From assembly GCA_019748135.1 (NCBI GenBank), contig JAIEPZ010000018.1:12902-76901 (forward strand): a stretch of 64,000 nucleotides of DNA, in the 5' to 3' direction. Source of the DNA: Hyphomicrobiales bacterium (lineage in GTDB: Bacteria; Pseudomonadota; Alphaproteobacteria; Rhizobiales; UBA4765). The notes under the pieces were generated by a model. The model was not told the origin of the DNA. It worked only from the letters and a program-made list of their open reading frames with translations, and made no database searches. The position numbers and the translations under genes were made by a program. Shown here one piece after another: positions 1 to 9,434 of the stretch (positions within the stretch are counted from its first letter, which is position 1; each line of letters begins with the position of its first letter).

Positions 1-24
1 TGCCCAACTGAGGAACACATCCCG

Positions 25-906
25 ATGCGCTCACTTCTCTTTGTGCCGGGAGACAGTCCGGGCAAGCTCGCCAAGGGGTTTGCCAGCGGCGCTGATGCTT
101 TGATCCTCGACCTTGAAGATTCAGTCGCTGATGCCAATAAACAGCAGGCCCGCCAGACCCTTGCCGCCTTCCTCTCAGACCACGCGAATGCTGACAACCG
201 CCCGCGCCTCATCGTGCGCGTCAATCCGCTCGATGGCCCGCACCACGCAGCCGATATCGACGCGATCATCGCCGTAAAACCCGACGCCGTGATGCTGCCC
301 AAATCGCGCAACGGTAATGATGTGACGCTGCTGTCATCACGGCTGTCGGTCGCCGAGGCGCGCGCCGGCCACGCTGACGGGGCCATCGCCATCATCGCCA
401 TCGCGACCGAGACCGCAGGCGCACTCTTCGGCATGGGCACTTACCAGGACGCGTCACCACGACTGGACGGTTTGACCTGGGGCGCTGAAGATCTGTCGGC
501 TGATCTCGGCGCAGAGACAGCGCGCGACAAAAACGGCCATTTCACCGACCCTTATCGTCTTGCCCGCGCGTTGACGCTCTTTGCCGCCAATGCCGCCTCG
601 GTGCAGGCCATCGACACTGTCTTCACGAGTTTCCGTGACCTTGAAGGCTTGCGTCACGAAGCGGAAGCGGCACGCCGCGACGGCTTTACCGGGAAAATGG
701 CCATTCATCCGGCACAGGTACCGGTGATCAACGCCGTCTTCACACCCACTCCGGAGGCGATTGCCCGCGCTCAGGCTGTTGTTGCCGCACTTGTCGGCGG
801 CCAGGGCGTGGCGGGTATCGACGGCGAGATGATCGACCGTCCCCATCTGCTGCGCGCCGGGCGCCTGCTTGCCCGCGCCCGCGCGGCGGGGATAGCGCTC
901 GACTAA
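25..906 (+). CDS. HpcH/HpaI aldolase / citrate-lyase beta subunit (CitE)-like lyase
   Basis: 293-aa ORF. 'RSLLFVPGDSP...ADALILDLEDSVA' and 'GKMAIHPAQV' are typical of CitE/malyl-CoA-lyase-like enzymes. Family call from motif recognition. Confidence 0.8.
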   Translation: MRSLLFVPGDSPGKLAKGFASGADALILDLEDSVADANKQQARQTLAAFLSDHANADNRPRLIVRVNPLDGPHHAADIDAIIAVKPDAVMLPKSRNGNDVTLLSSRLSVAEARAGHADGAIAIIAIATETAGALFGMGTYQDASPRLDGLTWGAEDLSADLGAETARDKNGHFTDPYRLARALTLFAANAASVQAIDTVFTSFRDLEGLRHEAEAARRDGFTGKMAIHPAQVPVINAVFTPTPEAIARAQAVVAALVGGQGVAGIDGEMIDRPHLLRAGRLLARARAAGIALD

Positions 907-911
907 CCAGT

Positions 912-1511
912 TCAGCCTGGTCTTGTCATGCGCAGCGCCTTGTCCATAACGCTGTATTCGTCATAACCGGCGCGCGCCAGAGGTTGCATGGCGGCGGTAT
1001 CGACACGCCCCTCATGGATAAAGCGATCGGCAATGTGAATGCCGATAACCTCGCCCAACACCAGAAAATACCGCGCTTCGCCACGCGCCGGCGTCATTGG
1101 TACCGTGCGCAGAAAGCGACATTCAAGCGCCCATGGCGCGTCGCGCACCCGCGGCGATTTCACCAGCGTGGAGGGTGCTGCAGCGATGTCCGCAAATTCC
1201 ATTTCCGACTGGCCATAGGGCAAGGGCATCGATGACTGGTTCATCGCCTCGCGCAGATCATAGCTTGCCAGATTGCAGACGAACTCACCCGTTGCCTCGA
1301 TGTTGCGGATGCTGTCCTTCATGCCAGCGCTTGAAAAGCCGACAATATGCGGGTCATCGGAAAAGGCGTTGAAGAAACTATAGGGGGCGAGATTGACCCG
1401 CCCCTCAGGATCGATGCTTGACACCCAGCCGATTGGGCGCGGTGCGACCAGCGCCTTGAACGGGTCGTGAGGCAGAACGGCGCGATCAAGCTTCGAGGGC
1501 TCATAAAACAT
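912..1511 (-). CDS. flavin reductase-like FMN-binding protein
   Basis: 199-aa ORF. 'PIGWVSSIDPEGRVNLAPYSFFNAF' is typical of the split-barrel flavin reductase domain. Confidence 0.8.
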   Translation of the reverse strand: MFYEPSKLDRAVLPHDPFKALVAPRPIGWVSSIDPEGRVNLAPYSFFNAFSDDPHIVGFSSAGMKDSIRNIEATGEFVCNLASYDLREAMNQSSMPLPYGQSEMEFADIAAAPSTLVKSPRVRDAPWALECRFLRTVPMTPARGEARYFLVLGEVIGIHIADRFIHEGRVDTAAMQPLARAGYDEYSVMDKALRMTRPG

Positions 1512-1550
1512 CAGCTCTGGTCTCCTGCTGGCCGGTGAACGACCGGATTG

Positions 1551-2117
1551 TCAGAAATAGGTGACGATATCCGCGAGCGCCGGGCGCGGGCGCTCCTGTG
1601 GTGGCTCAGCCGCCGTGCCGACATAGACGAAGCCGATGACGGTTTCATGTGTGCTGATGCCAAGGGATGTCTTCGCCGCATCGTCATAGGCAAACCAGTC
1701 AGTCAGCCAATTGGCAGCAAAACCGCTGGCATGCGCGGCATGGCACAGGGTCATGGCCGCAGCCGCAGCCGACAACGTCTGCTCGATCACGGGAATCTTG
1801 GGATGTGCCTTCGCCGTTGAAATGACCGCAATCACCACCGGCGCACGCTCGAAAGCGGACCGCGTGAACGCCAGATCGTCCTCGCGCACCTGCCCCTTGG
1901 CCTCCTGCACGGCGACGAGCGCCATACCGGCCCTGACGCGTGCCTCGCCTGCAAAAACAATGAAACGCCACGGTACCAGCTTGCCGTGGTCGGGTACCCG
2001 CGCCGCGATTGACAGCATATCACTGATTTGCTGTGCGCTCGGCCCCGGTTCCGTCATGTTTCTTGCTGAAACTGATCGTCTTGTCGATAAAAGCCGCAGC
2101 GCATCCATCGTGATCAT
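1551..2117 (-). CDS. nitroreductase family protein
   Basis: 'RRSVSARNM', 'KLVPWRFIVF' and the C-terminal 'ERPRPALADIV' are typical of the nitroreductase fold. Start trimmed to the ATG at 2117; the track ORF runs to 2204 and would overlap the next gene. Confidence 0.8.
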   Translation of the reverse strand: MITMDALRLLSTRRSVSARNMTEPGPSAQQISDMLSIAARVPDHGKLVPWRFIVFAGEARVRAGMALVAVQEAKGQVREDDLAFTRSAFERAPVVIAVISTAKAHPKIPVIEQTLSAAAAAMTLCHAAHASGFAANWLTDWFAYDDAAKTSLGISTHETVIGFVYVGTAAEPPQERPRPALADIVTYF

Positions 2118-2144
2118 GTCCGTGCGATGTGATAGGAGGCGGGT

Positions 2145-3254
2145 TTGAAGCATTTTTCCAAGGCAATGTCGATGAAGGTCAATCACGGCGCGCGTCGCGC
2201 CCATGCAGGCAAGGGACGAGCAGCAGGATCGCGGCGGCGGATCGCGTCACTGCTCTTGGGCGGCCTGCTGCTAGGCCCGCACTCGCTGCGGGCACAGGCA
2301 CCATCCCCGCCCGGCGTCCTCGCGCCGCCACCTGCCGGTGCCCCCTCTCTCATACCAGCACCGCCAGCGCCGCCGGGAATCGTACCCCCGCCGGGCGGCT
2401 TCGTGCCGCGCATTTTTGCGCCCTCCCCTGGCCAGCCCGCACCACCGCCGGCAGCCTCCGTACCCGCTCCCTCGCCGCCTCGTCCCGGCGCTGCACCCGC
2501 ACCAGCCGGCACATCGGTCCGCCTTCAGGCCACGCCGCGGCTGGGTAGTCCCCCGCTGACCCGCGGTCTCATCTGGCGCGTCTACGCTGACAAGCCAAGG
2601 CTCGATGGCAAGGTGGCGATCCTCACCCAATCAACGGAAGCCCAGCCACTCTTCCGCCTGCCGCCGGGCGCCTATCTGGTGAATGCCGCCTACGGCCGCG
2701 CCACCGTGACGCGGCGTCTCGAAGTCGGTCTAAATCCGGTGGCGGATACATTTGTGTTGACCGCCGGCGCTCTTCGCCTCCAGGCAACGGCTGGCGAGCG
2801 CATCATTCCTGACACCCGCGTCACCTACTCCGTGTCGGCCGGGCCCGGCCCTGGCGGCACGACGCTGGTTGAGAACGTCCGTGCCGGACGAATCCTGCGC
2901 CTGCCCGTCGGCGATTATTTCGTCAATTCGCGTTATGGCGAGGCCAATGCCTTCATGGCAGGCGACGTCAAGATCGAAGGCGGGCGCCTCACCGAGGTAA
3001 CGATGAAACATCGCGCCGCCCAGATCACGCTGAAGCTCGTCTCAACGCCCGGCGGCGAGGCGCTTGCCAACACCGCCTGGACCGTGCTCACGCCCGGTGG
3101 CGATACGGTTCAGGAATCAATCGGCGCGTTCCCCATCATGGTGCTGGGAGCGGGCGATTACACGGTCATCGCGCGCAACGACCAGCGCATCTTCAATGCC
3201 CGCTTCTCGGTCGAAACCGGCCGCGATCGCGAGGTCGAGGTGGTCGCGAAATAG
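2145..3254 (+). CDS. exported proline-rich protein with three C-terminal repeat modules (hypothetical)
   Basis: Basic N-terminus plus a hydrophobic 'IASLLLGGLLLG' signal-like segment, then ~90 aa of P/A/G low complexity. Three modules follow, each containing 'G(A/D)Y(L/F/T)VN/I'. Exact start uncertain. Confidence 0.6.
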   Translation: MKHFSKAMSMKVNHGARRAHAGKGRAAGSRRRIASLLLGGLLLGPHSLRAQAPSPPGVLAPPPAGAPSLIPAPPAPPGIVPPPGGFVPRIFAPSPGQPAPPPAASVPAPSPPRPGAAPAPAGTSVRLQATPRLGSPPLTRGLIWRVYADKPRLDGKVAILTQSTEAQPLFRLPPGAYLVNAAYGRATVTRRLEVGLNPVADTFVLTAGALRLQATAGERIIPDTRVTYSVSAGPGPGGTTLVENVRAGRILRLPVGDYFVNSRYGEANAFMAGDVKIEGGRLTEVTMKHRAAQITLKLVSTPGGEALANTAWTVLTPGGDTVQESIGAFPIMVLGAGDYTVIARNDQRIFNARFSVETGRDREVEVVAK

Positions 3255-3262
3255 GCTTTGTC

Positions 3263-5236
3263 TCAGCCCCGCCGCCTGTCGGGAGGGGTTGCCTCTGCCG
3301 CAAGCGTGGTGATCGCCTCATCAAGCGACATGCTGTTCTGGTCCTGTGATCCCAGACGGCGCATATTGACCGCGCCCGCTTCCGCTTCGCGTTTGCCGAC
3401 AACCAGCAGCACCGGCACCTTGGCCAGCGAATATTCCCGCACTTTATAGTTGATCTTCTCATTGCGCAGATCAGACGACGCCCTCAAGCCCGCCTTGCGG
3501 CACGCCGCAACCACCTTGCCGGCATACTCATCCCCCTCAGAGGTGATGGTCAGCACCTTGATCTGGTCTGGCGCCAGCCATAGCGGGAAATGCCCGGCAT
3601 GGCTTTCAATGAGAATGCCGAGAAAGCGCTCCAGCGAGCCCACGATCGCGCGATGGATCATCACCGGCTGCTTCTTTTCACCATCGGCTCCGATATAGAA
3701 CGCGCCGAACCGTTCCGGCAGGTTGAAATCAACCTGCGTCGTCCCGCATTGCCAGTCCCGGCCGATGGCGTCTTTCAGCGTGTATTCGAATTTAGGGCCA
3801 TAAAACGCCCCTTCTCCGGGATTGATGCCCGTCTTGATCTTGCCGCCTGACTGCGCCTCGATTTTTTTCAGAACATTCAGCAACACCGCTTCAGCGCGAT
3901 CCCACAGCGCGTCCGAGCCAACGCGCTTTTCCGGCCGTGTCGACAGCTTGACCACGAGTTCTTCAAAACCGAAATCGCGATAGACCGAGAGCATCAATTC
4001 GTTGATGCGCAGGCACTCATCCTCCATCTGCTCATCGGTGCAGAAGACATGGGCGTCATCCTGCGTGAAGCCGCGCACCCGCATCAGCCCGTGGAGCGCC
4101 CCCGATGCCTCGTAGCGATGCACCAGTCCAAACTCGGCAAGGCGAACCGGCAGATCGCGGTAGCTCTTGAGCCCGTGCTTGAAGAGCTGCACGTGACCCG
4201 GGCAATTCATCGGCTTGAGCGCGAACACACGCTGGTCCGCGTCTGGATCATCGGGGTGCATGAAGGCATGGGCGGACTTCACCGCGAACATGTTCTCCTG
4301 ATACCAACCCCAATGCCCCGAGGTTTCCCATAGCGATTTGTCCAGCACCTGCGGCGCGTTCACCTCTTCATAGGTATGAAGCAGGCGCCGGCGCATATAG
4401 GCGATCAGTTCCTGGAACATGGTCCAGCCCTTGGCGTGCCAGAAGACCGTTCCCGGCCCCTCCGCCTGGAAATGGAAGAGGTCCATCTCCTGGCCAAGCT
4501 TGCGGTGGTCGCGCTTTTCAGCCTCTTCGAGCTGGCGCAGATAGGCGTCCAGGTCCTTGTCGCTGGCAAACGCCGTACCGTAGATGCGCGACAGCGTCGG
4601 ATTGCGCGAATCCCCGCGCCAGTAAGCGCCGGCCACCTTCAGCAGCTTGAAGGCGTTTCCAACCTTCCCGACGGAGGGCATGTGCGGGCCCCGGCACAGA
4701 TCGATCCACGCCCCCTGGCTGTAGAGCTTGACGTCCTCGCCCTGCGGGATCGCCTCCAGCAATTCAATTTTGAACGCCTCGCCCTTGGCCTCGAACAGGG
4801 AGCGCGCCTCCTCGCGGCTCACCACCTTCTTGGTAAACGGCGCATCGCGCTGAATAATCTCGCGCATGCGCTTTTCAATGGCAGCGAAATCTTCCAGCGA
4901 AAACGGCTCATTGCGGAAGAAATCGTAATAAAACCCGTTCTCGATCACCGGCCCGATGGTCACCTGCGTGCCGGGATAGAGATCCTGCACCGCTTCGGCG
5001 AGCACATGGGCGCAATCATGGCGGATCAGCTCAAGTGCGCGCGGCTCATCGCGCATGACGAATTCGATTTTGCTGTCGTGGGCGATGGGATCGGCGAGGT
5101 CGGCAATGATGCCGTCAAGCGCCATCGCCACGGCGCGCTTGGCGAGCGAGGGCGCAATCGAGCGCGCCACCTCAAGCCCGCTGGTTGCGGGAGGAAATTG
5201 CCGTTGCGCGCCATCGGGAAAGGTGAGTGTGATCAT
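3263..5236 (-). CDS. thrS: threonine--tRNA ligase
   Basis: N-terminal TGS-like '[14 protein letters not shown]', class II core '[10 protein letters not shown]' and '[11 protein letters not shown]', plus an anticodon-binding C-terminus. Start set at the ATG at 5236, preceded by GAGGA. Confidence 0.97.
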   Translation of the reverse strand: MITLTFPDGAQRQFPPATSGLEVARSIAPSLAKRAVAMALDGIIADLADPIAHDSKIEFVMRDEPRALELIRHDCAHVLAEAVQDLYPGTQVTIGPVIENGFYYDFFRNEPFSLEDFAAIEKRMREIIQRDAPFTKKVVSREEARSLFEAKGEAFKIELLEAIPQGEDVKLYSQGAWIDLCRGPHMPSVGKVGNAFKLLKVAGAYWRGDSRNPTLSRIYGTAFASDKDLDAYLRQLEEAEKRDHRKLGQEMDLFHFQAEGPGTVFWHAKGWTMFQELIAYMRRRLLHTYEEVNAPQVLDKSLWETSGHWGWYQENMFAVKSAHAFMHPDDPDADQRVFALKPMNCPGHVQLFKHGLKSYRDLPVRLAEFGLVHRYEASGALHGLMRVRGFTQDDAHVFCTDEQMEDECLRINELMLSVYRDFGFEELVVKLSTRPEKRVGSDALWDRAEAVLLNVLKKIEAQSGGKIKTGINPGEGAFYGPKFEYTLKDAIGRDWQCGTTQVDFNLPERFGAFYIGADGEKKQPVMIHRAIVGSLERFLGILIESHAGHFPLWLAPDQIKVLTITSEGDEYAGKVVAACRKAGLRASSDLRNEKINYKVREYSLAKVPVLLVVGKREAEAGAVNMRRLGSQDQNSMSLDEAITTLAAEATPPDRRRG

Positions 5237-5295
5237 CTCATTATCCTCACTCCCGCCTACTGCGCGGGTAAGGGTTGAAACCAAGGGGAAAGAGT

Positions 5296-5610
5296 TTATC
5301 CGGCCTGCGAATCAGCCCGCGTCGAACGCCACAGGCCGTAGCTCCACGGCCTATACCAGCGACTTTTGCCGGGCAAGTGCACGGCCACCACATCAAGCCC
5401 CGAGGTTCCCCCCGGGCGGCAACGGCTGATGCGGGCAGCCCCCATCCACCCGCCTGCCCACAGCCCGTGCCGGGCAATCGCCTCGTCGGTATATTCCGAG
5501 CAAGAGGGGATATGGCGGCAGGTACGGCCGATGAAGGCTGACAGTGAATAGCGATAAATGAGGATGAGCCCGCGCGCTGCCAGCGCCGGCAGGCGAAGGA
5601 TCACCGTCAT
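5296..5610 (-). CDS. yidD: membrane protein insertion efficiency factor YidD
   Basis: '[35 protein letters not shown]' is the YidD signature. The ATGA start/stop overlaps the upstream gene. Confidence 0.9.
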   Translation of the reverse strand: MTVILRLPALAARGLILIYRYSLSAFIGRTCRHIPSCSEYTDEAIARHGLWAGGWMGAARISRCRPGGTSGLDVVAVHLPGKSRWYRPWSYGLWRSTRADSQAG

Positions 5611-6053
5611 GCCGCCGGTGTCGCCGCTCGTGCCTCGGCCTCATCGAGCGCCTTGACGACGGCGTCAAAGGTCAGAAGCGTCGAGGCATGGCGCGCTTTG
5701 TAATCGCGCACCGGAATAAGGCATTCAAGATCACTCCATCTGCCCTGCGGTGGCGGCCCGTTCTGCTTCAGCATAGCCGTGACGGTCTGGCGAAGCGTCC
5801 GCAATTCTTCACTCGTACTGCCGATGACATGGCGCGCCATGATGGACGAGGAGGCCTGGCCAAGGGCGCACGCTTTGACGTCATGAGCGAAATTGGTCAC
5901 TGTGCCATCAACCAGATTGAGATCGACGCTGACAGTCGAGCCACACAGCTTGGAGTGCGCCACCGCCGATCCATCGGGCGTAGCCAGTCGCCCGATCGCC
6001 GGGATGTTGCCGGCGAAATCAAGAATTTTTCGATTGTAGATGTCGTCGATCAT
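5607..6053 (-). CDS. NifU/IscU/SufU-like Fe-S cluster assembly scaffold
   Basis: 'IYNRKILDFAGN', 'KLCGSTVSVDL' and 'KACALGQASSSIM' resemble U-type scaffold Cys motifs. Start set at the ATG at 6053. Confidence 0.8.
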   Translation of the reverse strand: MIDDIYNRKILDFAGNIPAIGRLATPDGSAVAHSKLCGSTVSVDLNLVDGTVTNFAHDVKACALGQASSSIMARHVIGSTSEELRTLRQTVTAMLKQNGPPPQGRWSDLECLIPVRDYKARHASTLLTFDAVVKALDEAEARAATPAA

Positions 6054-6252
6054 CTGGCGTTCAGCTTTTGCCACATAAACATGGGTGGTGTCTGTTCCGG
6101 CCCGAATATGGTGATAAATTACCATAAACGGAAGAGGGGCGGACTTGATAGGTCTAAAATCACGACATTATGACCGACGTCTTGGCGTCTGCCATAATAT
6201 TCCTATATTCCGGATATAGGGACCAGGTTTAGTAAGTCTGCCTGCCTGGATG

Positions 6253-6303
6253 GAACCGGTGACACCCCAATCTCGTTTGAGATTGGTCGAACGGAGAATG
6301 AGA
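6253..6303 (+). promoter_or_regulatory. structured folE leader (candidate THF-II / folE-motif riboswitch)
   Basis: Perfect 8-bp stem CCAATCTC/GAGATTGG (6267-6274 / 6279-6286) with a GTTT loop. A possible outer CCG(6256-58)/CGG(6292-94) helix overlaps the GGAG Shine-Dalgarno sequence. Consensus match not verifiable by eye. Confidence 0.3.
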
Positions 6304-6936
6304 ATGGATGCCGTCGTGAAGTCTTTCCCTGCCCGCGCTGACCAGGCGGATATCGTCCGTCGACGTCCTTCGCGCGAGGAAGCGGAAGCGGCTGTGCGTA
6401 CACTGATCGAATGGGTGGGTGATGATCCTGATCGCGAGGGTCTGCTTGATACCCCCCGGCGGATGGTCAAGGCCTGGGAAGATCTCTTCCGTGGCTACAA
6501 ATTGTCCGCAGGCGAAGAGCTGGACACCGTTTTCGAGGAAGTGGGCGGTTATGGCGACATCGTTCTGGTGCGCGACATCCCCTTCTTCTCGCATTGCGAG
6601 CATCATATCGTACCCATCACCGGCAAGGCCCACATTGCCTATTATCCGCGCGACGGCGTCGTCGGCCTGTCGAAGCTGGCGCGTGTTGTCGATATCTTTG
6701 CCCGGCGCCTGCAGACGCAGGAAAATCTGACGGCCGAGATTTCCAACGCCATCGATGAGCATTTGAAGCCGCGTGGTCTGGCCATCCTGCTCGAAGCCGA
6801 GCATATGTGCATGTCGATGCGTGGCGTGCAGAAGCATGGCGTGTCCACCGTCACCACCGGCTTCACCGGCGTCTTCCGCGATGATCCGAGCGAGCAGGCC
6901 CGCTTCATGATGCTCATCCGCGGCTTCAAGAGCTGA
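6304..6936 (+). CDS. folE: GTP cyclohydrolase I
   Basis: '[18 protein letters not shown]', '[12 protein letters not shown]' and '[11 protein letters not shown]'. The ATG at 6304 has GGAG 7 nt upstream; in-frame alternatives are at 6250 and 6298. Confidence 0.93.
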   Translation: MDAVVKSFPARADQADIVRRRPSREEAEAAVRTLIEWVGDDPDREGLLDTPRRMVKAWEDLFRGYKLSAGEELDTVFEEVGGYGDIVLVRDIPFFSHCEHHIVPITGKAHIAYYPRDGVVGLSKLARVVDIFARRLQTQENLTAEISNAIDEHLKPRGLAILLEAEHMCMSMRGVQKHGVSTVTTGFTGVFRDDPSEQARFMMLIRGFKS

Positions 6937-6962
6937 GCACAGAAGCAGACGGGTTTTCCGCT

Positions 6963-7385
6963 ATGGTGACCCCAGATGTGAGCGCCGTGACCCTGCGGGA
7001 GCAAGGCACGGCTTTTCTGCCGCGTTTTGATGCTGACGGATTGATCACCGCCATCACCCTTGACGCAGCGCGCGGTGATGTACTGATGGTCGCCCATATG
7101 AACGACGAGGCCCTGCGCCTTACATTGACGACCGGCATCGCTCATTACTGGTCGCGCTCGCGACGGCAATTGTGGAAAAAAGGCGAAACATCAGGGCAGC
7201 TACAGACGATTGTCGATATTGCGGTTGACTGCGATCAGGACGCGCTTTTGCTGCGCGTCACCGTCGGCGGCGATGGTGGTGCCTGCCATACCGGCGCCCG
7301 CAGCTGTTTTTACCGCCGACTTGTGGTCGATGACAGCGGCACCCCTCACCTCATACGCGTATCCGACGCTGATTCACAACGCTAG
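6963..7385 (+). CDS. hisI: phosphoribosyl-AMP cyclohydrolase
   Basis: '[12 protein letters not shown]', '[18 protein letters not shown]', '[12 protein letters not shown]' and '[11 protein letters not shown]'. Confidence 0.93.
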   Translation: MVTPDVSAVTLREQGTAFLPRFDADGLITAITLDAARGDVLMVAHMNDEALRLTLTTGIAHYWSRSRRQLWKKGETSGQLQTIVDIAVDCDQDALLLRVTVGGDGGACHTGARSCFYRRLVVDDSGTPHLIRVSDADSQR

Positions 7386-7449
7386 ACTTTTGCCGTAACA
7401 AACTGACAAGTCTCGTATTTGCTGACAACAAGCGGCGCAGGATACAACG

Positions 7450-7899
7450 ATGACACCCTCCCCCCTCATCCGTGCCATCACCCCGCAGGACCGCCCCGCG
7501 TGGGACGGGCTGTGGCAGGGATATCTGTCATTCTACGAGGTTCACCTGGCCGCCGACATCACCGACGCCACCTTCGCGCGGGTGAGCCAGGGGAATGGCA
7601 TCAACGGATTTATAGCGCTGTCACCAGAGGGTGCGCCACTTGGCCTCGTCCATTACACGTTCCACCCCTCAACCTGGAGCAAGGGCGGCTATTGCTATCT
7701 TGAGGATCTGTTCGTCAAACCTGAAGCGCGCGGCCTCAGGCTTGGCCGGGCACTCATCACCGCCACCGAAACTGCGGCACGGGACTACGGCGCCACCCGC
7801 CTTTACTGGAACACGGAAGAGTTCAACGGCACGGCAAGGAGGCTCTACGAGCGCCTCGCCAAACGCGCGCCGTTCGTGCGCTACCAGATCGCCTTGTAG
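7450..7899 (+). CDS. GNAT family N-acetyltransferase
   Basis: 149 aa. 'YLEDLFVKPEARGLRLGRALI' is an acetyl-CoA-binding motif A-like segment. Confidence 0.8.
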   Translation: MTPSPLIRAITPQDRPAWDGLWQGYLSFYEVHLAADITDATFARVSQGNGINGFIALSPEGAPLGLVHYTFHPSTWSKGGYCYLEDLFVKPEARGLRLGRALITATETAARDYGATRLYWNTEEFNGTARRLYERLAKRAPFVRYQIAL

Positions 7900-7904
7900 A
7901 CGGC

Positions 7905-8336
7905 TCACGCGGTGGCGATGTAATCGCGCATCGCGTTGGTTTCGTGCTCAAGCTCGCTCAACCGATACTTGACCACATCGCCAATCGAAATAATCCCCGC
8001 GAGCCTGCTGCCAACGACAACCGGCAGATGGCGGAATTTGCCATCCGTCATCTGGCGCATCAGGTCGGCAATTGATGCCTCCTGCGAACAGGTGGCGACG
8101 GTGCGCGTCATGATGGTTGACACCGGTGATTCGAGGACCGACGGCCCCTCGCCGTCAAGCGCCCGCACCACATCGCGCTCTGATGCGATCCCGACGATCC
8201 GGTCATCGGGACCCGTGATGACGACCGCGCCGATCCGGCGCTTGGCCAGCATCGCCACGACATGAGCAATGGTTGCGCTTGGGGCTGCGGTCGCGACGTC
8301 GCCCCCTTTGGCTTCCAGGATCTGCTTGACGATCAT
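7905..8336 (-). CDS. CBS domain-pair protein
   Basis: 143 aa with two CBS-like repeats ('IGAVVITG...IVGIASERDVV' and 'RHLPVVVGSRLAGIISIGDVV'). Confidence 0.85.
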   Translation of the reverse strand: MIVKQILEAKGGDVATAAPSATIAHVVAMLAKRRIGAVVITGPDDRIVGIASERDVVRALDGEGPSVLESPVSTIMTRTVATCSQEASIADLMRQMTDGKFRHLPVVVGSRLAGIISIGDVVKYRLSELEHETNAMRDYIATA

Positions 8337-8438
8337 AGCCTTCTCCCTCTCGCCGTGGTCTTGCTGCCGACGGTTTCCTCAGCCTAGCACGATGCCCGTC
8401 AACCACAATTGCTGCAATCGCCCCGAGACAAAATGTGA

Positions 8439-9203
8439 TTAGTCAGCCAGCCGTCGCGGCAAAATGGGGTCAAACAGTGGAAAAAGCACCAAGCCGGCAA
8501 GAAATCCACCCAAATGAGCTTCCCAGGCAATACTCGTCCCTTCTTCAAGACCACTTGGTATGATGCCGGACCCGAAGACAATTGTCAGGGCAAACCACAA
8601 GGCAACAAAGCCGAAGATGCGCGGGTTCGACAGCGACTGAAGCAAGGGCGGCGCCGGCCGCCGAAAGGCCGATGCCCCTGATCCACGCAGGCCGCCGAGC
8701 GGCGCTCCTGCTTCGAAAACAAATCGGCAGGCGGCAGCCGTCAGACCCGAGATGGCCGCGGATGCGCCGACAACAGGCACGGCCTCGCCCACATGCGTCA
8801 TGAAATGGGCGGCTGCGCCCCCAACCGAACACAGCAAGGAAAACAAAAGAAAGCGCCCTGGCCCGAACCGCCAGGCGACCGCGCTGCCAAAAACCACCAG
8901 CCACAGCGTATTGACCAGGACATGCTGCCAGTCGCCATGCAGCAACCCATAGGTGATCGGGGACCACAACCGCGCCCATTGATCATCGGCGAACAATGCG
9001 CGCGCAAACCCCTGATCGCTGTAGCGCAGCGGGATGAAGGAAAAGCGCAGGATGAAGTCTTCATCACGTTCCGTCGCGATCCATTGACGCCAGCCATGAA
9101 GGCCGATCATCACGCCCGATAGAGCCACAATCACGCCCGGAAGATTGAAAAACGGCTCATTTGCGGGGCCGGCTGGCGGTGTCTTGATCATATCATCCAT
9201 CAC
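8439..9203 (-). CDS. rhomboid family intramembrane serine protease
   Basis: Multi-TM protein with 'HGDWQHVLVNTLWL', catalytic-type 'GASAAISGL' and 'AHLGGFLAG'. Confidence 0.8.
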   Translation of the reverse strand: MMDDMIKTPPAGPANEPFFNLPGVIVALSGVMIGLHGWRQWIATERDEDFILRFSFIPLRYSDQGFARALFADDQWARLWSPITYGLLHGDWQHVLVNTLWLVVFGSAVAWRFGPGRFLLFSLLCSVGGAAAHFMTHVGEAVPVVGASAAISGLTAAACRFVFEAGAPLGGLRGSGASAFRRPAPPLLQSLSNPRIFGFVALWFALTIVFGSGIIPSGLEEGTSIAWEAHLGGFLAGLVLFPLFDPILPRRLAD

Positions 9204-9434
9204 CCACGCTTAGGCATTCGCAAGCAGTCTGGCAATCGCAACGCGCGCTTCGCCGCGCCGCCCGCACCAGGTCACGCAGGCTGGCTTGATCCATCATGGT
9301 TAACAAAACATGGCACGGCTCGTGCTGCGTGAGCCTGCCGACGACGTTCGACACGGCCAAACTGTGCCGAAACGGGATTGCGGGGATGGGTTTCACAGCC
9401 AGGGCAGGCGCCGGGGTAACGGAGTGGTCAGACT

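Noticed and set aside
4376-5278. Long antisense or alternative-frame ORFs. Examples: 4376-5278(+) inside thrS, 22553-23617(-) inside map, 25160-26182(-) inside the ATP-grasp gene, 31719-32642(-) inside the Hsp70-like gene, 42049-43014(+) opposite the ars genes and 58144-59103(-) inside livM/livG.
   Set aside because: Their translations are Arg/Ala/Gly/Pro-rich low-complexity strings with no recognisable motifs. Each lies fully inside a well-supported gene on the other strand. This is the expected stop-codon depletion artefact of >60% GC DNA.
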